A stretch of 64,000 bases of DNA from Anaerovoracaceae bacterium (GCA_045545495.1 JAZQBC010000058.1:17246-81245); one strand, 5' to 3'; counted from the stretch's first letter, positions 47,093 to 57,908 are shown. Numbers and translations: made by a program. The notes: generated by a model not told the origin, from the letters alone.

Positions 47093-47389
47093 ATGAAAAT
47101 CGTAAAACCTGCATCCGCAGGTACGCTTGAATCAAGCGATATCGAAATCAGAATCGAGCCTGCTGACGAAGCCGGTATCGAGGTACATCTGACCTCGTCC
47201 GTTATGCAGCAGTTCGGAAAGAAAATTGAAGCAGTAATCGTTAGTACCCTCGAAGAACTCGGCGTTGAAAGCGCTTATGTCGATGCTGTTGACAAGGGAG
47301 CTCTCGACTGTACAGTAAGAGCACGCACAGCAGCAGCAGCTCACAGAGCAGCTGAAGACAGCAATTATACATGGAGGGTCAAAGCATGA
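47093..47389 (+). CDS. citD: citrate lyase acyl carrier protein (gamma subunit)
   Basis: 98 aa, 'AGTLESSDIEI' (prosthetic-group Ser region). Followed by citE and citF. Confidence 0.9.
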   Translation: MKIVKPASAGTLESSDIEIRIEPADEAGIEVHLTSSVMQQFGKKIEAVIVSTLEELGVESAYVDAVDKGALDCTVRARTAAAAHRAAEDSNYTWRVKA

Positions 47390-48255
47390 AACTGAGAAGA
47401 AGTATGATGTTTGTCCCGGGCAACAATCCGGGAATGATCAGAGACGCTGCCATTTATGGCGCTGACTGCCTCATGTTTGACCTTGAGGACTCCGTAGCTA
47501 TCACTGAGAAGGACGCTGCAAGATACCTCGTTTACAACGCTCTTACAACAATCGATTACAGCCCTGCTGAGATCGTAGTAAGAATCAATGACCTCGAAAG
47601 CGGACTCGGAGTCCAGGACCTCGAGGCTATCGTAAGAGCAAGGCCAGACGTAATCAGACTGCCTAAGACAGCCACAGCTAAGGACGTTACAGACTGCGAA
47701 AAAGAGATCGAGCGCATCGAGAAGGAAGCCGGGATCCCTGTAGGAAGCACAGGTATGATGGCTGCTATCGAGAGTGCTGAGGGAGTTCTCAATGCTCCAC
47801 AGATCGCTCTTGCTTCAAAGAGACTTATCGGTATCGCCCTTGGTGCTGAGGACTATGTAACAGACCTCAAGACAACAAGAGCAGACGGTACTGAGCTTGC
47901 ATTCGCTCGTGGTATGATCGTAAACGCTGCCAGAATGGCAGGTATCGACGCTCTCGATACAGTTTACTCCGATGTTAACAACGAAGAGGGATTCCTCCAC
48001 GAAGTCAACATCATCAAGAAGATGGGATTCAGCGGAAAGAGCGTTATCAACCCTCGTCAGATCGAGCCTCTCCACAGGACATTCAGACCTAGCCAGAAGG
48101 ACATCGACAAGGCTCTTGCTATTATGGAAGCTATCAAAGAAGCCAACGCAAAGGGGAGCGGCGTAGCCTCCCTCAAGGGCAAGATGATCGACAAACCTGT
48201 AGTTGCACGTGCCAGATACCTGCTTGAGCTTGCAGGCATTGAAGTGGATGCTTAG
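47386..48255 (+). CDS. citE: citrate (pro-3S)-lyase beta subunit (citryl-ACP lyase)
   Basis: 'LRRSMMFVPGNNPGMI' and 'DLEDSV'. ATGA overlap with citD. Confidence 0.9.
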   Translation: MKLRRSMMFVPGNNPGMIRDAAIYGADCLMFDLEDSVAITEKDAARYLVYNALTTIDYSPAEIVVRINDLESGLGVQDLEAIVRARPDVIRLPKTATAKDVTDCEKEIERIEKEAGIPVGSTGMMAAIESAEGVLNAPQIALASKRLIGIALGAEDYVTDLKTTRADGTELAFARGMIVNAARMAGIDALDTVYSDVNNEEGFLHEVNIIKKMGFSGKSVINPRQIEPLHRTFRPSQKDIDKALAIMEAIKEANAKGSGVASLKGKMIDKPVVARARYLLELAGIEVDA

Positions 48256-48268
48256 GAGGAATTAGGTA

Positions 48269-49795
48269 ATGGATGTTACAAAAATCAAGAACATAGACAA
48301 GATCACTTATCGCGGTGAGTTCGATGCGGAAAAGAGCCCGCATAAGAACCTCCCAGAAAAAGCCAGCAAGATGCTCCCTAGCATCCGCGAGGCTATCATC
48401 AAGTCGGGACTCAAGGATGGCATGACTATTTCGTTCCACCATCACTTCAGAAACGGCGACTATATCGTAAACATGGTACTCGATGAGATCGCTAAGCTCG
48501 GTATCAAAGATCTGACAGTAGCTGCCAGCTCACTCACAAGCTGCCACGCTCCGATGATCGAGCATATCAAGAACGGCGTTGTTACACACATCGAGACAAG
48601 CGGAATGAGAGGCGACCTCGCTGAGGCAGTTTCCCGCGGACTCATGGATACTCCTGTAGTATTCAGATCCCACGGCGGACGTGCTGACGCTATCGCTAAC
48701 GGCGACATCCACATCGACGTTGCTTTCCTCGGAGCTCCTACATGCGACATAATGGGTAACGCTAATGGTTACAACCGTTACGAAGAGAACGCTACAATGT
48801 GCGGATCCCTCGGATATGCTATGGTCGACGCTGAGTACGCTGACTGCGTAGTCGTTATCACAGACCACATCGTACCTTATCCAAACACACCATGCGGAAT
48901 CCCTGCAGTAGACGTAAGGTACATCGTAGAAGTTGAGAATATCGGCGACCCTAACGGAATCATGAGTGGTGCTACACGTTACACCAAGAACCCTAAAGAG
49001 CTGATGATCGCTAAGCAGACAGCTGAGGTCATCGAGCACTCCGGTTACTTCAGAGACGGATTCTCCATGCAGATGGGTTCCGGCGGAGCTTCCCTCGCTA
49101 CAGCAAGATTCCTTCGCGAGAAGATGGAAGAGCAGGGTATCCACTGCGACTTCGCTCTCGGTGGTATCACAGGACAGATCGCAGAGATGCATGAGGCTGG
49201 CCTCATCGACAAGATCCTCGACGTACAGTCCTTCGACCTCAGAGCTGCTGAGTCCCTCAAGAACAACAGATTCCACGCTCAGATCGACGGATGCTTCTAC
49301 GCAGGTTATGACTTCGTAGGCGCTGCTGTAAACGCTCTTGACTTCGTTATCCTCTCGGCTCTCGAGATCGATACAGACTTCAACGTAAACGTACTGACAG
49401 GTTCTGACGGCGTTATCAGAGGAGCTATCGGTGGCCACCCTGATACAGCTGACGGAGCTAAGATGTCCGTAGTAGTAGGACCTCTCACAAGAGGACGTAT
49501 CCCTACTATCGTAGACCACGTTCAGACAGTCATCACACCTGGATGCGATGTTGACGTAGTAGTTACTGACCAGGGTGTTGCAGTCAACCCAAGAAGACCT
49601 GAACTTGCTAAGAAGCTCAAGGAAGCCGGAATTCTTCTGTACACAATGGAAGAACTCAAGGAAAGAGCTGAGAAGATCGTAGGCAAGCCTGATCCTATCA
49701 AGTATAAGGACAAGGTTGTTGGTCTTGCACTCTACAGAGACAACTCCATCATCGATGTTATCCATGAGATCGATGAGTCGGATATGTCCAGATAG
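48269..49795 (+). CDS. citF: citrate lyase alpha subunit (citrate CoA-transferase)
   Basis: 508 aa with a CitF-like sequence throughout. Operon context. Confidence 0.9.
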   Translation: MDVTKIKNIDKITYRGEFDAEKSPHKNLPEKASKMLPSIREAIIKSGLKDGMTISFHHHFRNGDYIVNMVLDEIAKLGIKDLTVAASSLTSCHAPMIEHIKNGVVTHIETSGMRGDLAEAVSRGLMDTPVVFRSHGGRADAIANGDIHIDVAFLGAPTCDIMGNANGYNRYEENATMCGSLGYAMVDAEYADCVVVITDHIVPYPNTPCGIPAVDVRYIVEVENIGDPNGIMSGATRYTKNPKELMIAKQTAEVIEHSGYFRDGFSMQMGSGGASLATARFLREKMEEQGIHCDFALGGITGQIAEMHEAGLIDKILDVQSFDLRAAESLKNNRFHAQIDGCFYAGYDFVGAAVNALDFVILSALEIDTDFNVNVLTGSDGVIRGAIGGHPDTADGAKMSVVVGPLTRGRIPTIVDHVQTVITPGCDVDVVVTDQGVAVNPRRPELAKKLKEAGILLYTMEELKERAEKIVGKPDPIKYKDKVVGLALYRDNSIIDVIHEIDESDMSR

Positions 49796-49822
49796 TCAAA
49801 AATCATTCGCATGACTTTTGCG

Positions 49823-49856
49823 GCCGGGAGGGGGCGGCTCTCCCGGCTCTGTTTTT
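49823..49856 (+). terminator. rho-independent terminator
   Basis: 'gccgggag...ctcccggc' followed by 'tctgttttt'. Confidence 0.7.
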
Positions 49857-49873
49857 AAAAAAGGAGAACCTAA

Positions 49874-51556
49874 ATGGCAGTAAAAACAGACATTGAAATC
49901 GCTCAGGAACATGAGATGAAGTTGATCAAGGAGATCGTCGAAGAGATCGGTCTTCCATGGGACGCCAATCACATTGAGCCTTACGGTAACTACAAGACAA
50001 AGATCAAAGCCAGAGTCGTCAGAGAACTCGCTGACAAACCTGATGGCAAGCTGATCCTCGTAACAGCTATCACACCTACACCTGCAGGCGAAGGTAAGAC
50101 TACTACTTCGGTAGGTCTCGCTGACGGCCTCAGAAAGATCGGAAAGAATTCAATGGTAGCTCTCCGTGAGCCTTCCCTCGGTCCTGTATTCGGTATCAAG
50201 GGCGGTGCTGCAGGCGGTGGATACGCTCAGGTAGTTCCTATGGAGGACATCAACCTCCACTTCACAGGCGACTTCCACGCTATCGGAGCAGCTAACAACC
50301 TCCTCTGCGCTATGCTCGACAACCACATCCAGCAGGGTAACGCTCTCGGCATCGACGCTAAGAGGATCACACTCAAGAGAGCCGTTGACATGAACGACAG
50401 ACAGCTCCGCCACATCGTAGACGGTATCGGCGGAAGGGCTCAGGGAGTTCCTCGTGAAGACGGATTCGAGATCACAGTAGCATCAGAAGTAATGGCTATC
50501 CTCTGCCTGAGCAACCACATCTGGGAGCTCAAGGAGAGACTCGGAAAGATGATCGTTGCTTACACATTCGAAGGAGCTCCTGTAACAGCTCACGACCTCA
50601 AGGCTGAGGGAGCTATGGCAGCACTCCTTAAGGATACGATGAAGCCAAATCTGGTCCAGACTCTTGAGTACACACCGGCACTCATCCACGGCGGTCCATT
50701 CGCTAACATCGCTCACGGATGCAACTCCATCATCGCTACAAAGACAGCTATGAAGCTTGCTGACTACGTTGTAACAGAAGCCGGTTTCGCTGCTGACCTC
50801 GGTGCTGAGAAGTTTGTAGACATCAAGTGCCGTGCTGCAGGAATCAAGCCTGACGCTTGCGTTATCGTAGCAACAGTAAGAGCTCTGAAGTATCATGGCG
50901 GAGTTGACAAGAAGAACCTCAACATCGAGAACCTCGAGGCTCTTGAGGCAGGTCTTCCAAACCTCCTGAGACACGTTGACAACGTAAAGAACGTTTACGG
51001 ACTTCCTTGCGTTGTTGCTATCAACGCATTCCCAACTGATACTCAGGCAGAACTCAATCTCGTTCAGGAGAAGTGCAATGAGCTCGGCGTCAACGCTGTT
51101 CTGTCCGAAGTATGGGCAAAGGGCGGCGAAGGCGGAAAGGCACTCGCAGAAGAAGTCGTAAGACTCTGCGACGAGCCAAATCACTTCAGCTATGTATACG
51201 AGGATGAGGATTCCGTAGAGGATAAGATCAGAAAGATCGCTCACAAGGTATATCACGCTAAGCACGTATTCTTCTACCCAGAAGCTAAGAAGAAAGCTGA
51301 CAGAGTAAGAGAGCTTGGTCTTGAGCACCTGCCTATCTGCATGGCTAAGACACAGTACTCCTTCTCTGATGATCCTAAGCTGATCGGAGCTCCTGATGAC
51401 TTCGTTCTGAACGTAAGAGATCTCAAGATCTCCGCCGGAGCCGGATTCATCATTGCTTACACAGGCGATATAATGACGATGCCGGGACTTCCTAAAGTTC
51501 CATCCGCAGAGAACATCGATATCGACGACAAGGGTCAGATCACAGGCCTGTTCTAA
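49874..51556 (+). CDS. fhs: formate--tetrahydrofolate ligase
   Basis: 560 aa with the '[12 protein letters not shown]' P-loop typical of FTHFS. Confidence 0.95.
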   Translation: MAVKTDIEIAQEHEMKLIKEIVEEIGLPWDANHIEPYGNYKTKIKARVVRELADKPDGKLILVTAITPTPAGEGKTTTSVGLADGLRKIGKNSMVALREPSLGPVFGIKGGAAGGGYAQVVPMEDINLHFTGDFHAIGAANNLLCAMLDNHIQQGNALGIDAKRITLKRAVDMNDRQLRHIVDGIGGRAQGVPREDGFEITVASEVMAILCLSNHIWELKERLGKMIVAYTFEGAPVTAHDLKAEGAMAALLKDTMKPNLVQTLEYTPALIHGGPFANIAHGCNSIIATKTAMKLADYVVTEAGFAADLGAEKFVDIKCRAAGIKPDACVIVATVRALKYHGGVDKKNLNIENLEALEAGLPNLLRHVDNVKNVYGLPCVVAINAFPTDTQAELNLVQEKCNELGVNAVLSEVWAKGGEGGKALAEEVVRLCDEPNHFSYVYEDEDSVEDKIRKIAHKVYHAKHVFFYPEAKKKADRVRELGLEHLPICMAKTQYSFSDDPKLIGAPDDFVLNVRDLKISAGAGFIIAYTGDIMTMPGLPKVPSAENIDIDDKGQITGLF

Positions 51557-51586
51557 AAGCGGCATTGCAATAATGCGGATCAAAAG

Positions 51587-51618
51587 TGTGCAAGAGCTTA
51601 CGCTCCTGCACGCTTTTT
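51587..51618 (+). terminator. rho-independent terminator
   Basis: 'gtgcaagagc-ttac-gctcctgcac' followed by 'gctttttt'. Confidence 0.75.
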
Positions 51619-51763
51619 TCTATTTGTGTATCCGCTGTTTTCTCTACACCGCATCTCGTTGCAAAAATATAGAGGCGCGCGATTCCTAGCGGCTCCTCCA
51701 CGCAAAATCGGCACCGCATGATCGCGCGTCCATATGGTATACTGTATTGGGAGAATTTGAGAT

Positions 51764-52780
51764 ATGGATATAAACATTTACGAGGCTCCTCTAAGTGAGG
51801 AGCGCAATACTGAATACAAGGCATTTCTGGCGTCTGCAGGGCTCAGAGATGAAGAGGATGCCGATTTCATCGCATGGATGAAAGATGACAGCGGCAGACT
51901 CGTCGCTTGCGGGGCGCTTGCGGGACATACCATCAAGCAGCTCGCGGTCGATCCTTCGATCGAGGGCACAGGCGCGATGGCTCAGATCATGACTGCCATC
52001 GTCAGAGAGGCATACGACCGCGGCAATACCAGGCTGTTCCTCTGCACCAAGCCAAAGAATTACAATATGATGTCGTCGCTTGGCTTCAATAAACTGATCG
52101 CCATCGATGACGCGGTGCTCCTGGAGAACCGCAGGAACGGACTTGAGAAATTCCTGGCCAAGACAAGGAAGGATGCTGAAGAGCACCGCGCGGATATCGC
52201 GGATATCACTTGCGGGGCTGTAGTGTGCAACTGCGATCCGTTTACTTTGGGACACAGGCATCTTATCGAATACGCGTCGAAGCACTGCGATTATCTCTAT
52301 GTATTCGCGGTCGCTGAGGCGGGTTCAAGATTCACTCCGGAGGACCGTCTTGAGATGATAAAACAGGGGACTGCGGATCTTGAGAACTGTCATGTCTACA
52401 GCAGCGAGCTGTACCTCGTGTCGAGAGCGACTTTCCCTGCGTACTTCATACGCGACGAGGAGCACGCCGATGAGGTAAGATCTGATCTGGACATAACGCT
52501 GTTTGCGGAGAGGATAGCGCCGGCTCTTAATATCACCAAGCGCTTTGTGGGGCAGGAACCTTTTTCACCTGTTACGAACGCGTACAATACAAGGATGAAG
52601 AAATTGCTTCCTGAGTACGGGATCGAGCTGGTTGAGATACCGAGATTCGCGGCGGAAGGCGATGAACTGGCTGTCAGCGCGAGCCGCGTAAGAAAGCTAT
52701 TCGAGGAAGGCGATATGGAGGCTGTGAGGGCGCTTGTGCCGGAGACAACTTACGCAATTATCGAAAAGTATCAGAAATAA
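51764..52780 (+). CDS. citC: [citrate (pro-3S)-lyase] ligase
   Basis: 338 aa: an N-terminal GNAT-like part plus a cytidylyltransferase-like part ('CNCDPFTLGHRHLIE'). Confidence 0.9.
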   Translation: MDINIYEAPLSEERNTEYKAFLASAGLRDEEDADFIAWMKDDSGRLVACGALAGHTIKQLAVDPSIEGTGAMAQIMTAIVREAYDRGNTRLFLCTKPKNYNMMSSLGFNKLIAIDDAVLLENRRNGLEKFLAKTRKDAEEHRADIADITCGAVVCNCDPFTLGHRHLIEYASKHCDYLYVFAVAEAGSRFTPEDRLEMIKQGTADLENCHVYSSELYLVSRATFPAYFIRDEEHADEVRSDLDITLFAERIAPALNITKRFVGQEPFSPVTNAYNTRMKKLLPEYGIELVEIPRFAAEGDELAVSASRVRKLFEEGDMEAVRALVPETTYAIIEKYQK

Positions 52781-52867
52781 TCGTTGCTGATCAGCTTAGA
52801 TGTCAAACTTGCAAAAATATTAAGAAAATAACAAAAATTATAAAATAATATCAATTAGTTTCAATTA

Positions 52868-54205
52868 ATGAGAAAAGTAATCGTTGAGGATATGCTCGCC
52901 GCACGGGACAGGCGGGTGGATATACAAAACAGTATGCTTGAGGAAGGCGGCGATGATTGCTGCCTTGCTTGTCTTACGCTTAATATTGCGGGAGAGATCA
53001 AGCGAACACCAATGACCAGAATGCTCTTTGACAGAGGCGTCTCGGAATTCGAGCAGGCCGGCTTCGAGGTGATCGATCATATGATGATCGACGAATTCAC
53101 GGGAAGCGAAGCTTTCTGGCTAGTCAAAGAGGACGGAGCAGGGGTCAAGAAGTACCTGGAAGAGGTTGAGGCTTCTTTCCCCGCGGCCAGGCTATTTGAT
53201 TTTGATGTGCTGACACCGGACGGGGTCAAGTTGTCGAGGGCCAAAAGCCGCAAATGTCTCATTTGCGACAAGCCTGCGGCGGAGTGCGCCAGGAGCCGCG
53301 CCCACGGGCTCGATGCTATAAAGGCGGCGACTCAAGACCTGCTAAGGGACTTCTGCGCGGATACGCTGGCAGAAGAGGCGCACGACGCGCTTTTGGCCGA
53401 GGTCTATTCGACTCCTAAACCGGGACTTGTAGATATGGCAAATAACGGCGCCCATAATGACATGGATATCGAGCTGTTCGAGAAAAGCGCCGATGCGCTG
53501 AAGCCGTATTTTTATGACGCGGCGACGCTTGGAATGCGAGGCTGCTCTATGGCCGAGCTTCGGGAGCGCGGGCTGGCCGCTGAGCAAGAGATGTATGCGG
53601 CCACCGGCGGCGTCAACACACATAAAGGAATGATCTATTCGATGGGTCTCCTGCTCGCGGGCATGGGAATGGCCCTCGCAGGGGACAGTGGAGCCATCGA
53701 AGAACAAGATGTCTCAGAAGAAAAAGACTCGCTCAGGCAGGAGGCCATAAACAACGCCGCCGGGCTGGCGAGCGAAGACGCGGAGAGGGTGCTCGCCAGA
53801 GCCCGTTCCAATCCTGACACCAACGGCGCTGCTGTCCTTAGAGACTACGGAGCGCTCGGCGCGACAGGTCACGCCACCGCCGGCTTCCCGGGCGCCGTTT
53901 TCACGACCGCAAGACTGGAGTATTATATAAAAGAGGAAAAACTCCCGGGAGGAGAGGCCGGTGCTCTGGCGCTTTGTGATAGCATGGCAAGCCTTGAGGA
54001 CACCAACCTTCTGCACCGGGGCGGTGCAGAGGGTCTTGCATTTACCAAGGAGAAGGCATCCGCTATAAGCGGACTTCCGGTCTCCGACCGGATAGTCGCT
54101 CTCACCGAATTGGATAAAGAAATGATAGAGAAAAATCTTTCGCCGGGAGGCAGCGCGGATATGCTCGCGCTCGCTTTCCTGCTCGGAAGCTGGGACGAGA
54201 GGTAA
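52868..54205 (+). CDS. citXG: fused CitX (holo-ACP synthase) and CitG (triphosphoribosyl-dephospho-CoA synthase)
   Basis: The N-terminal ~170 aa is CitX-like. The C-terminal part is CitG-like ('STPKPGLVDMANNGAHNDM'). Confidence 0.85.
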   Translation: MRKVIVEDMLAARDRRVDIQNSMLEEGGDDCCLACLTLNIAGEIKRTPMTRMLFDRGVSEFEQAGFEVIDHMMIDEFTGSEAFWLVKEDGAGVKKYLEEVEASFPAARLFDFDVLTPDGVKLSRAKSRKCLICDKPAAECARSRAHGLDAIKAATQDLLRDFCADTLAEEAHDALLAEVYSTPKPGLVDMANNGAHNDMDIELFEKSADALKPYFYDAATLGMRGCSMAELRERGLAAEQEMYAATGGVNTHKGMIYSMGLLLAGMGMALAGDSGAIEEQDVSEEKDSLRQEAINNAAGLASEDAERVLARARSNPDTNGAAVLRDYGALGATGHATAGFPGAVFTTARLEYYIKEEKLPGGEAGALALCDSMASLEDTNLLHRGGAEGLAFTKEKASAISGLPVSDRIVALTELDKEMIEKNLSPGGSADMLALAFLLGSWDER

Positions 54206-54209
54206 TAGT

Positions 54210-55109
54210 ATGACATTACAGGAAATCAGGTATTTTTGTGTTACTGCTGAAGTTCTCCATTACACAAAGGCTGCTAATCTCCTATATATATCGCAGCCGA
54301 GCCTTAGTTACGCGCTCTCTAAGCTTGAGAAAGAACTCGGAATGCCTCTATTCGAGAAGCGAGGCAAGCAGGTCTCGCTCACTAAATACGGCGAGGCGTT
54401 CCTGCCTTATGCCAAGAGGGCACTGAGCGAACTGTCTGATGGCATCGACCGCATCAACTCACTTAACCGCCCGGAAGCCGGCATAGTCAGCCTTGGTTAC
54501 ATCAACAGCACAAGTTTCACGGTGCTGCCTGAGTTTGTAAACAAATTCTATGCTGATCAGGAAAGACAGCAGATCGCGTTCAGATTCCAGCAGGGCATGG
54601 CGGGTGAATTGATAGAGCAGCTTCTCAACGGTGACCTGGATCTACTCATCGCGGGCGTAACAGGAAGGCCGGATATCAAAGCAATAGACTATCTGCCAAT
54701 ATTCAGCCAGGATCTTTATCTTGTAGTGCCGGAAAAACACAAGCTCGCTTCGCGCACATCGGTCGATCTTTCTGATCTCGCGGGAGAGAATTTCATCTCC
54801 ATAAGGCACGAGTCGGTGATCTATCATCAGCTGGAATCACAGTTCAAAAAGGCCGACGTTACGCCGCATATGGTATATGAGGCCGACGAATACAGCTCTA
54901 TCGCCGCGTCTGTAGCTACCGGCGCGGGAGTCGCCATAATGCCTAGACTTCCTATGCTGAGCAGTTTCAATATCAGGCTGATACCTTTCATGGACACGTC
55001 CATGAAGCAGGAAGTCTGCATCATGAGAAGCAATACGCACGAGATGTCAGAGTCCATCAAGAGCGTGTGGAAATTCGCCGAAAGCCTCTCATCTTCAATG
55101 AACGGGTGA
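54210..55109 (+). CDS. LysR-family transcriptional regulator
   Basis: HTH 'FCVTAEVLHYTKAANLLYISQPSLSYALSKLEKELG' plus a substrate-binding domain. Confidence 0.9.
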   Translation: MTLQEIRYFCVTAEVLHYTKAANLLYISQPSLSYALSKLEKELGMPLFEKRGKQVSLTKYGEAFLPYAKRALSELSDGIDRINSLNRPEAGIVSLGYINSTSFTVLPEFVNKFYADQERQQIAFRFQQGMAGELIEQLLNGDLDLLIAGVTGRPDIKAIDYLPIFSQDLYLVVPEKHKLASRTSVDLSDLAGENFISIRHESVIYHQLESQFKKADVTPHMVYEADEYSSIAASVATGAGVAIMPRLPMLSSFNIRLIPFMDTSMKQEVCIMRSNTHEMSESIKSVWKFAESLSSSMNG

Positions 55110-55259
55110 CGGTGAATAGCCAAGTAATCTCAAACTCGATGAACGGCTAACGCTGTACGGCCAGGTAAAGATTGACAAATTCTTTGTCCTGACTATTGCT
55201 CGACTACTCAGCAGGAAAAAGAACCAAGTGGACAGTAATAATAACAGTTTTTTGATGTT

Positions 55260-55286
55260 CGGTAACAGCACTGTTACCGTTTTTTT
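55260..55286 (+). terminator. rho-independent terminator
   Basis: 'cggtaacag' and 'ctgttaccg' followed by 'ttttttt'. Confidence 0.7.
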
Positions 55287-55390
55287 CTTATTAATTCCGG
55301 AAAATCACCATGCCGGAAACTAGCCTTTAATGTGTAGTTTCTGTGTTGCACTTTTTGTAGAAAATGTGACATTATTTTGTTGTTTTTGTT

Positions 55391-55418
55391 TTGTTAAACA
55401 TATATTTCATGATAGAAT
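55391..55418 (+). promoter_or_regulatory. candidate sigma-A promoter with extended -10
   Basis: TTGTTA (55391-55396), 16-nt spacer ending in TG-n, then TAGAAT (55413-55418). Confidence 0.4.
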
Positions 55419-55460
55419 TGGTCGACCGCTAAAAGTGAATATTAGGGGGAGGTGGTCCGC

Positions 55461-56006
55461 ATGGATGTTTCGATCAAGGCGTTGCCTGTTAAGATGTCCA
55501 AGGACGAGGCACTGAAGATCGCTGCCGGGCATAAAAACCCTGTTGTCAAGGCTATGGCAAGGGGTAAAAAGATCAATCTCCGTATCATGTATCTTGAGAA
55601 TAGGTACAACATATACGAGATGACCTATCACGCTAGCCCGCTGGCGAAGCTTTTCAAAGGAGAGTCCATTGAAGAGCAAAAGCAGAAGATCCGCATCATA
55701 GTCGATACGACTACATGCTCAGCTTCTTACACTTCAGACCCGCTCTACTTCGAAGAGATCGAAGTGGGTGAGGACAGCTTGCAGGCTTCTTATTATGAGG
55801 ATCAAAGACTCGAGGACACAGGAGCGTTCCTTGCCAAGCGTATGACACGCCGGCGCATCGGCAAGCAGATCTCGATAGAGCTTCTGTCGAGTGAGGTCTT
55901 CTACAGACCGTATTACATCGCCATCTACGGAGAGATGATAGAAGGTACTAAAGCCAGATATCTTCCTATCGCCGCCGATGGCCATGAGGTCAATACCACT
56001 ATTTAA
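55461..56006 (+). CDS. hypothetical protein (no family recognised)
   Basis: 181 aa, RBS 'gggggagg' 8 nt before the ATG, soluble. Ends with 'FYRPYYIAIYGEMIEGTKARYLPIAADGHEV'. Confidence 0.6.
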   Translation: MDVSIKALPVKMSKDEALKIAAGHKNPVVKAMARGKKINLRIMYLENRYNIYEMTYHASPLAKLFKGESIEEQKQKIRIIVDTTTCSASYTSDPLYFEEIEVGEDSLQASYYEDQRLEDTGAFLAKRMTRRRIGKQISIELLSSEVFYRPYYIAIYGEMIEGTKARYLPIAADGHEVNTTI

Positions 56007-56089
56007 CATGTTGATAAAAAAGGGCGGGATTAAAGTTATTACACCAGTTACACGTTATTGCATCAGTCATTAGATAAAGGAGAGATTAT

Positions 56090-57817
56090 ATGTTAATGAC
56101 AGCAATTGACGACATTGTCGTCGTATTACTGATTGCCGGCATCTTCGGCATCGGCGCACACCTGTCCAAGAGCACTGACTCGGAGAGCTTCTTCAACGCT
56201 AACCACGCTCTTCCATGGTCACTCATGGTAGGTACACTGATGGCTTCGTGGTACAACGGAGCCGGAACGATGGGTACAGTCGGATATGTATGTACTATGG
56301 GATTTGCGGCCTTCTTCATTTGGTCGATCGGATCGCACGCGGTAAGATTCCCGCTTGCTCTCTGGATCGCTCCAAGGATCTCGGTCAAGGCTAAGGGTAC
56401 AATTCCTGAACTTCTGAGATCACATTACGGTAAGTTCGCGTCGATCCTCGGATCCATCGTACTCGTAATCACTTGTCTTTCCATCGCAGACGTAGCTGCT
56501 ATCGGTTATATCGGTGAGGCTGGCTGGAACATGAACAAGTTCGTTGCTGCTGCTATCGTAGTAGCTATCGCTATCGGACTTACATGTCTTTCCGGACTCA
56601 TGGGCGTTGCCATCACAGACATGATTTTCTTCGCGCTGATGATCATCTGCCTCTGCGCTGTATATCCTAAGATGTTTGCTGAAGCAGGCGGACTCACAGG
56701 ATTCCACGCAGCACTCGATGAAACAGCACCTCATATGATGACAGCACTCGGCGGTATCCCTGTTCCGCAGGCTATCGTACTCGTAGTTCTCTGTATCAAC
56801 CTGTATAAGGACCCTGCATTCTATCAGAGATTCGCAGCAGCTAAGACACCTCAGACAGGTAAGAGAGCTATGCTGACATGCTTCTCGATCTTCATGTCCT
56901 TCGACCTGGTAATGATGATGACAGGTATCATCATCGGCATGAAGTTCCCTGCAGAGATCGCAGCCGGAACAGTTCAGCCAGAGGTTGAGTACATCAGACT
57001 CGTACTGCAGAGCCTGCCAGTCGGACTCCGCGGATTCTTCATCGTAGGTCTTACAGGCGCTATCGTTTCGACACTCGACTCCTACTACCTCGTTGGTGGT
57101 GAGATCATCTCGAACGATATCATCTACATGCTCAGAGGAGACAAGAGACTGCCAGACAAGACAGCTATCATGGTCACACGTATTTCGGCAGTTATCTTCG
57201 GAATCATCGGACTTGCTACCGCTTTCCGTTTCGCTCGTGTATACGACGCGTTCCTCTTCCTTGCCAGTATCTCGATGACGCTGCTCTTCGTTCCTATGAT
57301 CGCAGCTCTTATGTATGACGGCAAGAAGACAAACGTTGCGGGACTCGCTTCCATGATCGTCGGAGCTGTTTCCTGGATCTGGTTCACAGTGAAGCCTATC
57401 GTTGTAGATACAGTTACAGGTCCTTACACGATCGACGCTGTACTTATCGGACTTCCACTTTCGTTCATCGCGTTCCTGATCGGTAACCGCTTCGGTACAG
57501 ACCTTACCGCTAAAGCTAAGGCAGATGCGCTTGCTAAGGGCATCCCACTGGCTGATCTTGGACTTGACGCTACTGAACTCACTGACGAGTACAAGAAGTC
57601 CATTAAGGTCGAGTGGATCGGATGGGACGGAGCTCTCATCCTGCTCTACATCGTACTTGCTTGCTTCTATGGATATGGTATCCTCCACAACGTTGACTGG
57701 ATCGTCGGCATCGCTGCTCCTGTCATCGCTATGGGTATCGTAATTGGCGTATTCGTCAAGTACCTGACAGAGGTATTCGGCGTAATGCGTGCCCATAAGG
57801 AAAAAGACGTAGCATAG
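56090..57817 (+). CDS. sodium:solute symporter (SSS) family transporter
   Basis: 575 aa, about 13-14 TM segments, SSS-like sequence. RBS 'aaaggagag'. Confidence 0.85.
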   Translation: MLMTAIDDIVVVLLIAGIFGIGAHLSKSTDSESFFNANHALPWSLMVGTLMASWYNGAGTMGTVGYVCTMGFAAFFIWSIGSHAVRFPLALWIAPRISVKAKGTIPELLRSHYGKFASILGSIVLVITCLSIADVAAIGYIGEAGWNMNKFVAAAIVVAIAIGLTCLSGLMGVAITDMIFFALMIICLCAVYPKMFAEAGGLTGFHAALDETAPHMMTALGGIPVPQAIVLVVLCINLYKDPAFYQRFAAAKTPQTGKRAMLTCFSIFMSFDLVMMMTGIIIGMKFPAEIAAGTVQPEVEYIRLVLQSLPVGLRGFFIVGLTGAIVSTLDSYYLVGGEIISNDIIYMLRGDKRLPDKTAIMVTRISAVIFGIIGLATAFRFARVYDAFLFLASISMTLLFVPMIAALMYDGKKTNVAGLASMIVGAVSWIWFTVKPIVVDTVTGPYTIDAVLIGLPLSFIAFLIGNRFGTDLTAKAKADALAKGIPLADLGLDATELTDEYKKSIKVEWIGWDGALILLYIVLACFYGYGILHNVDWIVGIAAPVIAMGIVIGVFVKYLTEVFGVMRAHKEKDVA

Positions 57818-57854
57818 CACCGAGCTTTGCCCGGTTCTAAACCGTTAAATTATG

Positions 57855-57888
57855 ACCGCCCGGTGTTATGCACCCCGGGCGGTTTTTT
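57855..57888 (+). terminator. rho-independent terminator
   Basis: 'accgcccgg' and 'ccgggcggt' followed by 'tttttt'. Confidence 0.85.
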
Positions 57889-57908
57889 GCAAAAAAGGGG
57901 AAAAGAGA

